Part shown: positions 19,621 to 30,738 of the stretch, one piece after another | Numbering within the stretch: the stretch's first letter is position 1 | Layout: the number at the start of each line of letters is the position of its first letter | NCBI GenBank assembly: GCA_030141605.1 | Contig: JAQGDQ010000022.1 | Coordinates: 868,001 to 932,000 of the forward strand | DNA length: 64,000 nt | Direction of reading: 5' to 3' | DNA from: Tubiluchus corallicola | Taxonomy: Eukaryota; Animalia; Priapulida | The notes under the pieces: generated by a model | Databases searched by the model: none | What the model was told of the DNA's origin: nothing | What the model saw: only the letters and a program-made list of their open reading frames with translations | Position numbers and translations under genes: made by a program

Positions 19621-20824
19621 TTTTTATTGTGAAGAATTGTACTGGAGATTTGAGTGTAAAATAAATATTCTGCCCTTAGAAAATATACTGTTTTTTCCTT
19701 GATTTTTGTCATTGCTACTTTAAAGTTGGTTACACCACCATCACTGCTTACACCACCGGTGTTGCCATCCGTAAAAAGTTTTACTGAGCCAACATAAACT
19801 AGTGTACCTTTAATTAAACACGTTGCCGACATTTCACTTACCATACCAACGTTGACGGCTGATCTTTGGATTAATGGGTCTAACTGAGTTTGATTACTAC
19901 CATGATGCCAAAATGCCACTAGATTTTTATTATTGGTAAATAGTGTCTAAGTTTCCATCAGATTGAAAGGCATTCATTCATAGAGCAGAAGTTAGACTGG
20001 CTGTTATGTTGAGCAAAAAAACTTGTCTAGTGCATCAGAATTTAAGAAGTGAGAATATTGCTTTGATTGCTATTTTTCCATTTTGTAATTTTTGAAACAT
20101 TTTGGTACGAATTCAGCTAGGTGTTGAAAAATGGATAGAAACTAAAAGAAGTTTTCCCAATTCGTGTTGCCTTGAATCTTATGAAGAATATAACAGTTTT
20201 TCCATGAGGCTAGGCTAATTTGAGGACACTTGTATATAATCTTATAACAATATAAACAATAATTGTGCTGGTCCCGGCAACTTGGTCTGTATTTGGAGAT
20301 TTGTATACCTCTTTATCAGAGTGAGATTTATTAAGTGGTGTGAAGCAGCTAACATAGCTATTATTTATACAGCTAAAAATATTAGACCAGGAAGTGCAGA
20401 ATAATACATTGGAGGATGAATATATAATAAGCAATTCTATAGAGCACATTTGTGTCGGCATGCTGTGAAAATGTTGGCTTTGGGAATGGGCTAATTTAAT
20501 TAGTTGGCACGCACAAGTTTAGCGAGCCACCTGTTGGCTGAGGCCCTAATAGTTATTTCTATCATTAATTAATACAATTTTCTTGAATGTTAGTTAATAA
20601 GTAATATGCACACAGCAAAATTGTATGTCAAAGTCTTGCACATAGCAAAACAGTTGCTGATGGTTATTTCTTGTTCGTGGATATGCTAATTGTTAAAATC
20701 AATAGCCTACAAAATCCACAATAATTATAAAACGTGCACCTGAAGGATACATTAAATTATTACAAAAGTAAAATTCATCATTCCCGTCACCCTTTTGTAG
20801 GTGCAAAAACGTTTATTATTTTTC

Positions 20825-20843
20825 TTCGCCACTAGATGGCGAA
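20825..20843 (+). promoter_or_regulatory. Palindromic CTCF-like site upstream of TTC32
   Basis: ttcgccactagatggcgaa contains CCACTAGATGGCG (strong CTCF core) with 7-bp inverted arms; candidate 5' exon donor cag|gtattt at 20873/20874. Confidence 0.5.
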
Positions 20844-21559
20844 AGTACAGCAATAAAGTATGGTAACCAGCAGGTATTTTTATTTATTTTGTTTTTGGCT
20901 CATACGTGAGTTTTGTGCTTTACCGCTGGTTTGTGGCAAAATGAGGTGTAGACAGTCTGCTTGAAAACTTTAGTCGAAATAGTACAACATCAGCCTTGCT
21001 GTACGCCGACTTTGTTACATTCGCAAAGCGGGCGGCATAAAGACGTGATTGTAATTAGTTTCTATAATGACTGTTAAAAATTTAAAGCATAGTTGTAATA
21101 CGAGAGGCGTTTACAATGTACACATCTTATATGATTCCAGTGATAGTTTTTAGCGCAAAAAGCTATGTAAGGAGGAAAAAACAGATCATTGTTCCTCATT
21201 TTTATTTTATTGAAGCATTTAGTGTTCTACAGAAATAATTAAGTATTTCAACCCCCGCTAAGCACAGTTAGTATAAATGCATCTTTACTGGTCGTAGTGC
21301 TTCAGCAACATAATAAAGATTTGAGAACGTGTTCTTTGCGATGCTTTCTCAGAAATGTTTAAAATATCACAGTTATATTTCTTTACTTCAACGGTTACCA
21401 CACTTTATTTTGTAAAAAATGTTGGTTATTTTTTATATTATGCAAAAACTATGTATGGAAATATAATTACACAATAAATTTTGATTTTTGTCACTTAACT
21501 CTCATTTTGGACGTTTTTATTTTTAGGTCTGTAGTAAAGTTTATTAGCTGTATAAGTTA

Positions 21560-22024
21560 ATGTGGCCTGTGCGGCCTCACTCCATGGACCCAGTTGTGCA
21601 TGCAACAAAATTATTCCATGAAGCCGAAGCACTTTACAAGAAAAATCTATTGCAAGATTCTCTAATGCGATATTCTGAGGTCATTGGATGCTGTGAAGAT
21701 TTTCTGAATAAACAAATCAGTGACTGCGAAAATGAGAAAAACGTTGAATCTCTGCTGGCTCTTTCTTATAATAATCGTGGATTCATTCACTACTTGTTTG
21801 TGGATTTCTATGAAGCCATAGATGATTATACTGCTGCGGTTCAACATAATAAAACCCTAGCTTGTGCCTGGTATAATCGTGGCCTTGTAAGGTACCGATT
21901 AAATTTTTTTGATGAAGCCATTGCAGACCAAGAGCTTGCTCTCCAAATCGATCCTGCACTCACATCTGCTAAAGAATGCTTAACTGCGTGCAGAATTGTT
22001 AAAGAGAAAACAAAGAAGCCATAA
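21560..22024 (+). CDS. TTC32: Tetratricopeptide repeat protein, TTC32-like (intronless, 154 aa)
   Basis: TPR motifs ALSYNNRGFIHYLFVDFYEAIDDYTAAV and AWYNRGLVRYRLNFFDEAIADQELALQIDP match TTC32. Splice acceptor tttttatttttag at 21526. Start may instead be the ATG at 21584. Confidence 0.88.
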   Translation: MWPVRPHSMDPVVHATKLFHEAEALYKKNLLQDSLMRYSEVIGCCEDFLNKQISDCENEKNVESLLALSYNNRGFIHYLFVDFYEAIDDYTAAVQHNKTLACAWYNRGLVRYRLNFFDEAIADQELALQIDPALTSAKECLTACRIVKEKTKKP

Positions 22025-22063
22025 ATTTCACACACGGTCATTGATTTTTTTTGGAATTTGACA

Positions 22064-23389
22064 ATGGCAAGTGCTCCTGTGTCCAAAGAACAGACTTTTC
22101 TAGAGAAATTTTTTCTGTCCATTAGTCAATTTGCTTTCGATAAAGCAAAAGACATGGCTGACAAGGAAAAAGAGGCTTACAAGACATTTATAGGCTCTAC
22201 TTGGTTTCAGTTTCTCTGTTGTCTAGCACCTTTTACGCAGACGGAAAAATCGTATGCTTCTCTGTCGTTCCTTGTAAAACGAGGCTTTCTCAGTTCACGC
22301 GACAGCGGAATAAAGTCCTCATATGAAGCCTTGCGCACTGAGTTAAAAAAGATTGAAGATTCTGGTAAGCAACTTGCAGGTGGGGGCACAGCCCTTTCCC
22401 TGGAAAAGTTACTGTCACACCTGTCCGGACAACTGATCCATTTTGTCAATGCTAGGATTGATGCTATGGATTTTTACGAGAGGTTGCATAATGCATCTGT
22501 GCAGAAAGAAGTCAATTACAACGGGCTGCTCATGCAAGCCAAGGACTTGATTGATGTACATCAAAACAACTTTCATCATCCAATTTTAAGCTCGTTAAAA
22601 AACAATTATACTTTGGAATGGGAGACAGTTAGACTTTTACTACAAGCACAGATTGATATGGCCTATTGGAAGTTTTTGCCATCGTTATTGTGTTTGCATA
22701 ATGCTCACCTTAAGCTGACATCATGGGGTGCAATGTTGCAACATAAAGAAACGTCCTCATTTAGCTTTCTTGGCATGTCATCGAGACATACTGCAAATGC
22801 TTTTCTGTATGATTGGTTGTCAAACTATGAAGCTGCTCTTGTGTCCAAGTTTACTTTATATTTTTATGAAATTTTGAGCAAGCAGACTGTACCGTCGGAA
22901 ATGAAAATCCTAACTGCTAAAACATCTTTCGATTACTACCAGAAAATCGTGTCATTTCAACGCAAGACTGACGCCTATAGTATTTCAATTGTATTTGACA
23001 TTCATGGCTTGCCAGATGTTTATAAAGGGCATGGTTACCATCATCCCAACAAAGTTACAGAACAGCCAATGGGTCTGGACAGCTATCCACCTATATTTTA
23101 CTATCCTCCAACAGAAAAACCCACATCACACTGGGCTAGTGTTGTACGAATACTGACCGATCACAAACTTAGCGAACTGAATAGCATGGACAAAGTTGTG
23201 TGTTTCTATGACAGGCATGTGCAAAATACATACTTCATGATGATTGTAGAACGTAATATGACCCTCGTGGTGATTTTTGACTGTAAACGTTCAGAAAAGG
23301 ACTCCTACGTTTGCAATTTTGTCATGGAGATGGCCACCAGTTTGCGTGGCACTAAGATACTTAACAATCTTAAGCCAGGTGCTAAGTGA
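22064..23389 (+). CDS. KICS2: KICSTOR subunit 2 (C12orf66 homolog), intronless, 441 aa
   Basis: EQTFLEKFF...FAFDKAKD, EKSYASLSFL, FHHPILSSL, LVSKFTLYFYEILSKQT, GHGYHHP...P.G.DSYPPIF, FYDRHVQNTYF and C-terminal LKPGAK match C12orf66. First ATG at 22064 (acaATGg). AATAAA at 23615. Confidence 0.95.
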   Translation: MASAPVSKEQTFLEKFFLSISQFAFDKAKDMADKEKEAYKTFIGSTWFQFLCCLAPFTQTEKSYASLSFLVKRGFLSSRDSGIKSSYEALRTELKKIEDSGKQLAGGGTALSLEKLLSHLSGQLIHFVNARIDAMDFYERLHNASVQKEVNYNGLLMQAKDLIDVHQNNFHHPILSSLKNNYTLEWETVRLLLQAQIDMAYWKFLPSLLCLHNAHLKLTSWGAMLQHKETSSFSFLGMSSRHTANAFLYDWLSNYEAALVSKFTLYFYEILSKQTVPSEMKILTAKTSFDYYQKIVSFQRKTDAYSISIVFDIHGLPDVYKGHGYHHPNKVTEQPMGLDSYPPIFYYPPTEKPTSHWASVVRILTDHKLSELNSMDKVVCFYDRHVQNTYFMMIVERNMTLVVIFDCKRSEKDSYVCNFVMEMATSLRGTKILNNLKPGAK

Positions 23390-23900
23390 TTATAAGTGAT
23401 TTATAAGTGCCCCTTATGCAAAAGTCTCATTAATTATTTCTAGTGTATTTAATATTTTTTACAGAATTATTTGTGCTTGGAAAAATCTGTGATCGGGCTA
23501 CCAGCATCACTTCTATCATTTAGGGCTAACTAGTCTGAATACTTGTAAAGCTCACCATTTAAAAATTTAATTACAATCAACTGAGACAATGTGACTATTA
23601 AAAAAAGCTAAGAAAATAAAACATCTCTTGTTAAACCAGTTACTAATAGATCATGTACATCTATTATTCAATACTCTATGTGGCACTATACCCAAAATGT
23701 ACCACTAAGTAACTTCTTTTTCTATGATAAAATGTGGGTAATGTGCCAGCTGTATTTATACACATTTTTATCATTATGTTATTATCTGTGTGTTTTTTGC
23801 TCTGTAACTAAACCTAATTTCAGTAACGTTTCTGTGCTTTAATGCAATATAGGCCTCTGATGTTATTTGCTTCAAATCAGTGAATTCTGTAAAGTTTATT

Positions 23901-26900
23901 ATGGGTATTAAACTTTTTTGTGGTTTTTTGTTAACCATTGGGTTTCTCGCAACCTTTGGGCAGGCAAATCTGAAACTGTGCGCTTTCAATGTGCGGGTTT
24001 TTGGTAAAACATTTATGACGCATCCGTTTAAAGTGGAAACGCTTGTTAGAGTAAGTCAACATTGAAAAAACTATGACAGTTTTCTTTGTGAAAACTAAGG
24101 CAAATATTTTGTGTGCATAATGCATGAAATAAAGGAATATTATCTGTAACACATGGCTTATTTTAATTGAACCAACTTATGGTGGGCGTGGCAGTAGTAA
24201 AATTAGCAGAGTAATTGTGAGAAACATCCTGCAAAATACTGATCTGTTACCATGAGAGTTTCATAGAATTTCAAATACTTGCTTAAAGTTTAGTCAGCTC
24301 ACTTGAAGTAATCTAAATTAAGTAGTTTTAATGTGGTCTTTAAATTGCTATTTTATTTATTTCCTACAGTTGATTCATAAAAAATGGTAATTATATGAGT
24401 TTTACAACGTAATCTTGTACAATTCATTTTCACAATTTTGTGTTGAAGATCAAGAATCGTTTTAATTTATTTATCTATCATCATTTATTTATTCATTTAT
24501 CAGCATTAGTATGTTGTAGACTGCACTTATGGGTGTGGGCTCAAAAGTTATGATCCCCCTTCTCCCCCCAAACATTCATTGCTTTTTTTTATTGAACGTC
24601 AATTTATAATACGCAAGTGACTGTTGTGAAAATAAAATTATCTAATCTAATCCAGTCTCCGGTCTCGCTACAACATCTACGATAATTAAGCCATGTCATT
24701 AATACTCATACCGGCTTGCAATTTGCCGAAGCGTATAACGCAAAGTAGCACTTTGCCTTGCCACCTATTCATTTAGCTTAATAATTTGATATTGTTCTTT
24801 GTGCAGAAGTATTATTAGATTCTTCCTGGTTTCATTTGCAAATCTGAACGTTGACAGCGTGAATCCAGGTATAATTCAAACGTTTAACGTAGCTCGTGGT
24901 AAGAGGTTAATTAATAAATTTCAGCATGTGCTATGCAATATCGTTGATTCAAATATTTTGCAAACAACTTCTATTGACTATTTCATGCTGATGCGTAAGA
25001 GCACCGGGACCTAGTATAAAGCCAAAGTCTGAAATGGAATTTTTAGAGTATGTTACAAGTATCAGTCTGAAAAGAGAAGTATTCCGAAGCTAAATGCTTT
25101 CGCAACAGTTACGCATGCTGTCGCCTAGCTGCTATTGAAATTTGCATACCAAACCCACTTGCGGGCGAGGACAGTGGACATCTTTTTCGCCTGCGAAAAT
25201 CACTTCCTGCACGTGAAGTAATATTGTTCATGTGAAGTAATATGATGCAATAGAATTGCCTGTTCATATTACAGCACTCTGTGTGAGTGCGTGCAAGGCA
25301 ACATTCAAAGAGCACTGTATGAAAGCATATAAAGCAACGTTTACACTACAGCACTGTCTGAAAATGTTAGCAACCAACACACTCCATAACATCCAGTGCC
25401 CCCCCCCATCGCAACACAAGTGTTTTTTAATAGTCAATACAGATACTGTACGAACCTTTCACCTCACATCTGTTTACCTTGATAGCGTTGCTCTGTTTGT
25501 GATTTAAAAGTGAAAGAAAAAATACACGGAAAAAACGAACGAAGCCGAGAAAACCCTTATGTCGTTACAGGAAGCTATCCTACACATGGACACAGGCAAA
25601 CCCTAAATCACAATTCTCACTGCTGTGCCAAACTTAATAAACTAACAGTGATTCAAACCGTTAACAATTTTCCGTTAGAGATTTCCACAACTAAAAAGCC
25701 CGAACAAAAAAACTGGATCTACAAGCAGCTGTTCCACGTCTAGGAATGTCCAGAGTAAGAATATAAGAAGCGGCAGACATGCGAGTAGTACCAATAAGGA
25801 GAGGTCTAGACAGCAACTTCCATTGGAGCACCAATAAAAGATAAGCAATGAACTGCAGTGTGACCCCAAATCAGACGCAACCAGATCGACAATACGATTT
25901 TGCAATCTGTCATGTGAGAAGCTGAGGCACCAGCCCAGATGTGACACTATGGCTGCAGATCATTCATTGCAGTCTATCTCACATACGTTTATTAAAATGA
26001 TGAGAACAACACCTTAATAATGTTCTTGAAGTTTAGGTTGAGGTATATATAGATAACTATCGCCTTATCACGTTATTGCCATCATATTGACTAACGAGCA
26101 CAGTAATTGCTTAACTAGAATTGTCCGTGTGTCATGACTGTAATTCGTATCAAACGAAAAATTGTCTTTATTTTATTAGCATTCAATGTCGAGGTTGATT
26201 TATTATAGTTTGAATTTTTCATTTGGGTGGTCTTAATGGTAATGACTTTATAAACATAATGTAACCCACCAGTCATGTGACCTGCAACGTGACTCACAAT
26301 TTATGCGAGTGACCCATTTAGTGACACTGCAATGACTTTAACAGAGCTAACAAATTGCTTTAAAGATTTGACTTTAAAAACTTCCATAAAATGTGAAACG
26401 CAAGACAGATGGAAGAGAAATTGAAATGAGTTTTAGTTTGGTCAATTTGGTTCTGTTTCAACTTTTAACCCACAACTTTTTGTCTATTAACCCGTCGACC
26501 CACTGTCCCATTTTCTACTTTCTTCCTCAACACTCATAGACAGAATTGTTTTCACTTTTTGGACTATAATTATTGCTAATTTCAGGTCGTCCTGGAGTAC
26601 GACATTATCGTAATTCAAGAGATCAGAGACATTGATGAAGTTGCCATTTACGAGCTGCTAGACGAAGTCAATGAGTTAGTTTCATTTTGTGAGCAAATAA
26701 AAACTTAGTTTATTGTATCGTAATTTGATTTATTATTGCGTATTACGCTGTCGCGCATTTATTTTCTAACAAATTATTACATCTTTTTTGTCAATGATGT
26801 TTTTAAGAACAATTGACAGACTACGCGCAGAATACCCTAACTAATTACTGCTGCAGTTTTGATAACAGAGATAAGCTATTAAGCTAAACTTATCATTGTC

Positions 26901-29900
26901 ATTATCATCATCGTAGTAGTCGTAATCTTCTGTTTGATTAGTGCACAACGCGCACCAAGAATATTACATGAGGTCGTTCTCACGACCACATCATATAACA
27001 ATCATTGCCATCATCGTTGCTATCGTCGTCGTCATCGCCTCTGGTATGGATTTGATTTGGAAAATCTTCTATTTCCAGGGTTTCTTCTGTACCTTACGCC
27101 TTGGCACTTAGTGACCGTGTAGGAAGGACCAGTTCCAAAGAACAATATGGATTCCTATATAAGTATGTTGCACATTAAATTATATCATTTGATAACCAGT
27201 TGGAAAGCTTCAGTTGTATTAACGACAGAAATAAAAGATTAGGCTGAAATATTATTTGTGTTCTGCTGTAGTATTACGAAAACATTGTGAGTTAACTTCA
27301 TCTCGTGCCGTTGTTATCACTGTCTTTGCTATTGCCGTTGTTGTTGTTGTTGTTGTTGTTGATTTTTAATAAATTTTTCAGGACAAGTGAAGTATCTGTG
27401 AGCGACGATTACCATTACGCTGACAAAGACGACGATTTCGAAAGACCTCCGTATATTGTAACCTTTAACAGTCCTAAGACAGGTATACATATTTTTTTCA
27501 AGTATGCGCTTATGTTCGTATGTTCAGATGTAGCTTTTCCTTGGTTCGTAAATATAGTAATGATTACTATTGTTACGTTACTTGCTCGTGTTACTTACTT
27601 TCTTACTCACTCACTCACTCACTCACTCACTCACTCACTCACTCACTTACTTATTTACTTACTTAGTTGCTTACTAACTCGCTGACTCACTTTTTAACTT
27701 GCTTGCTTATGATTATAGCGATTAAAAGTCGACTTTGAAGTCCAACTGTCGAATTCAGGCGTACTTGTTGAAATGTTCCGAACAATGATTGGCCTTTGCC
27801 TTTTAGTAATTTGATTATATGAAAATAATTATTTTCTGTTACTGTTTTTTTCAGCAATCACTAGATTTGTTTTTGCTGTTATCCATGCAAAACCGGACGA
27901 TGCTGTTAGTGAAGTGGACAAACTCACTGACGTGTATTATGACATTGTGTCTCAAACTGGGAATGTTGTGAGTTATTTTTTTAAATAACTGTAGTCTTTT
28001 CTCTATGTTGTTAGTTTTACGAAAACCTCCAGCCTGGCTTAAAGCGCGGACTGTAATTCGCAAAGAGCGAAAAAACTGTCAAATGTCGAGCAAAATCGAC
28101 ACTTCAAAATAACTCTCAATGGAGGGAGTTTACAATTCCCCACACAATTTGAATACCCTAACTCTAAACCTAATCCTAACCCTAATCCAAACCCTAACCT
28201 GAACCCGCTTCACGAACTAATTTCTTGTGTGTGGGGAATTGTAAACATTACCCCTTCAACTAATACTGATTATACTGATTATGAAAAGTCATTATTTTCT
28301 TAGAATGCCATTATTGCTGGTGATTTCAACGCTGGTTGCAATTACATCAGAGAAGGAGACTGGCCGCATATACGACTATGGACCTATCCGGAATTTGAGT
28401 GGCTAATTGACCATGATGCGAAAACTATGGTTAGAACGAACTGTCCCTACGATAGGTAATCTAATCAGGTTTTTGTAACTTGTATCAGGGATATAGGATT
28501 AAGAGGACGCGATTTGCCTTTTTTTCTAAAATCTTACTTCAGAGTCTTGCTGGCCACAATAGGCGGTAGTTTTAGGTAGGTTTTATTCGTATGGCAGTAT
28601 AACTTATAGTCCCCCCCCTCAGTAGTATGGCTCTGCAGCTTCTAGTCGACCCTCAGTAGTATGGCTCTGCAGCTTCTAGTCATCCCTCAGCAGTTTGGTC
28701 CTGTACGTTCTAGTCGACCTTCAGCAGTTTGGTTCCGTATCTTTTAGTTGGTCCTGTGTAGTATAGCTCTGCGACTAAGTTCGTGTTCGCTATTTAAGTC
28801 ATGCTTTACGAATTTCTCAATTTTACTAATTTGCGTGATTTGCAGAATCGTATTAGCCGGCTCTTTGCTGCAGTCATCACAGGTACTTGGAACAGGAAAA
28901 GTTTTTTACTATGACAATGAATACGGTCTTACTTCAGAACAGGTAAAAATATCGCATTTATGTCACATAAGTATAATTATGTCACTTTGGCACATTTTGT
29001 GTTTCAGTCGGATAATGAATGTCGTTTAGTGACAGCTGGGATATACAAGCATATTGTGCAAGAATATATTGTACATGTTATAAAACCAATGAAGCAAATT
29101 TATGATCACTCGTCAGTTGGCACATTGCAGGCCTATGACGTCAGCGACCACTACCCAGTCGAGTTTCAGATCAGGCAAAATTACAAAGAAGCTTCAGCTG
29201 ACACTAAACATGGTAAACTGACGAGAAGTTTTACTGCCATAGCAAAAGAATACGACATTAACTCACTCGAGGGAATTCGCATCAGGTAGGTTCTGGCAAA
29301 AATAAAGCAAAACAAATCAATGCTATTTATTAGCCAGATGGTTGGATGGCCACTAAACTGTGTGTGGGAGACATAATATAATATACTAGTGCCATTGTGT
29401 TACGCTGCCCAAAGATACACCAAATTAATATTGTGGTCATTTCAAAGCAGTAGCTCAATTAATGTATTTTTCCACTTTTTCTGTATAAATAAATAAATAG
29501 TGGCTCTAAATAGAGAAACGCGTTACATATACTATAATTTCAGTGTGGCAAACTTTATTACCAGCTGCCAATTGTACAAGCAAGCTGGTTCTTGACTACA
29601 GAGGACCTAGATTTTAATAAATTGATTTTTATCTTGAATCGTATATTAACGATTACCAGTTCCTTAACGAGATGTGCCACTACTTTCTAGATAAAATTAG
29701 AACTTTCCGAACAAAATCTCGTCCTATAGTCCGATTAAGGTGACTGAGCAGGATTACAAAATAAATGTGCCATCTCTGGAGTGAAGCGCCCATAACTTTT
29801 ATCTTTAAATTCGTATATTATTGCATAATAATATTACGTGTGTATTATACTTTATTATAATATTATGGTTCAATATACGGATGAATTATACGTTAGACTT

Positions 29901-30738
29901 TTGTTACACGATGAATGTATATTTACATAAATAATCATAGGACAACAAAAGCAAAAAAATCTGTGTTATTAATTTTGTTCATACATTTTCCTACTTTTGT
30001 CGTTATTATTGTCATCGATGCATACTGTTGTGGCTGTTACTGTTGCTATTTTTGTTGTTGTTGTTGCTGTTGCTGTTGTTGTTGTTATTGTTGTTGTTGT
30101 TGCTGCTGCTGCTGCTGCTGCTGTTGTTGTTGTTGTAGTTGTTGTTGTTGTTGTTGTCGTCGTCGTTGTTGTTGTTGTTGTTGTTGCTGCTGCTGCTGTT
30201 GTTGTCGTTGTTGTGGCTGTTGCTGTTGTTGTTCATTTGCTCTCAGTCGATATTCCGGTTTTTTATTTGATCGTTTGTTAGACTCATGGACTCATCTGTC
30301 CGTTATTTTGTTTAGTAGACCTAATTTTAGCTACTTTATAAAATAATTTTGTTGACAAGGACAAACGTATAAACCTATTTATGGTATACAAATCTCACTT
30401 TACGCTGTACTTTAAAATGTGTGAAGACTTTGTTTTTCTGCCTGTATTATCATAAAACAAATACTTTCCAGTATCTGTAAATTATTGATATTTTAAATGT
30501 TGTTGGCAGATCCTACCCAAAGCCTGACATGCTGATGACTTCTATGAAGACAACCAATGCGGTGAAAACCCTTCGGAACTACTTCAAAGCAATTCCGGAA
30601 TTATCCGAACAAGCCGAGAGACGGGCAAGAGCTCTCGCTTACCTGTTCGAAGATGATTCTATGCATCAAATGCAGCTGAACATTAAATGTGAACCATTAC
30701 ACTGGCTGATGTGCGAGGTAGAAATATCGCGTCAGTGA
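23901..30738 (+). CDS. Secreted deoxyribonuclease I family protein with C-terminal extension (~389 aa, 9 exons)
   Basis: Exons 23901-24050, 26586-26674, 27079-27162, 27382-27482, 27855-27967, 28304-28455, 28846-28942, 29131-29285, 30510-30738 (1170 nt, open frame). Signal peptide followed by LKLCAFNVRVFG, YDIIVIQEIRD, GRTSSKEQY, IHAKP, GDFNAGC, CPYDRIV, VSDHYPVE. Last exon less certain; if unspliced the ORF ends at 29289 (314 aa). Confidence 0.93.
25660..25960 (-). mobile_element. Decayed LINE 3' fragment (CR1/Jockey-like) in DNase I intron 1
   Basis: Minus-strand peptides HDRLQNRIVDLV..L, SLLIFY....GSCC.DL and GSSFFVRA..LWKSL resemble the conserved C-terminus of CR1-type RT ORFs; frameshifted. 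Confidence 0.55.
27605..27646. repeat. (ACTC)n microsatellite
   Basis: ~10 actc units. Confidence 0.9.
28128..28246. mobile_element. MITE-like element: 19-bp inverted repeats enclosing degenerate (CCCTAA)n
   Basis: gtttacaattccccacaca (28128-28146) and tgtgtggggaattgtaaac (28228-28246) flank ccctaactctaaacctaatcctaaccctaatccaaaccctaacc. Confidence 0.65.
28616..28750. repeat. 34-bp minisatellite, ~4 copies
   Basis: ccctcagtagtatggctctgcagcttctagtcga repeated head-to-tail and progressively diverging. Confidence 0.85.
30025..30232. repeat. (TTG/CTG)n compound microsatellite
   Basis: Source of the poly-C/V/N ORFs. Confidence 0.95.

Noticed and set aside
21662-22449. Antisense ORFs over TTC32/KICS2
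   Set aside because: Shadow ORFs with no recognisable protein features
28616-28750. 34-bp repeats as a CRISPR array
   Set aside because: Head-to-tail with no unique spacers, in an animal intron
29915-30346. Cys-rich metallothionein-looking ORF
   Set aside because: TTG/CTG microsatellite inside a DNase I intron
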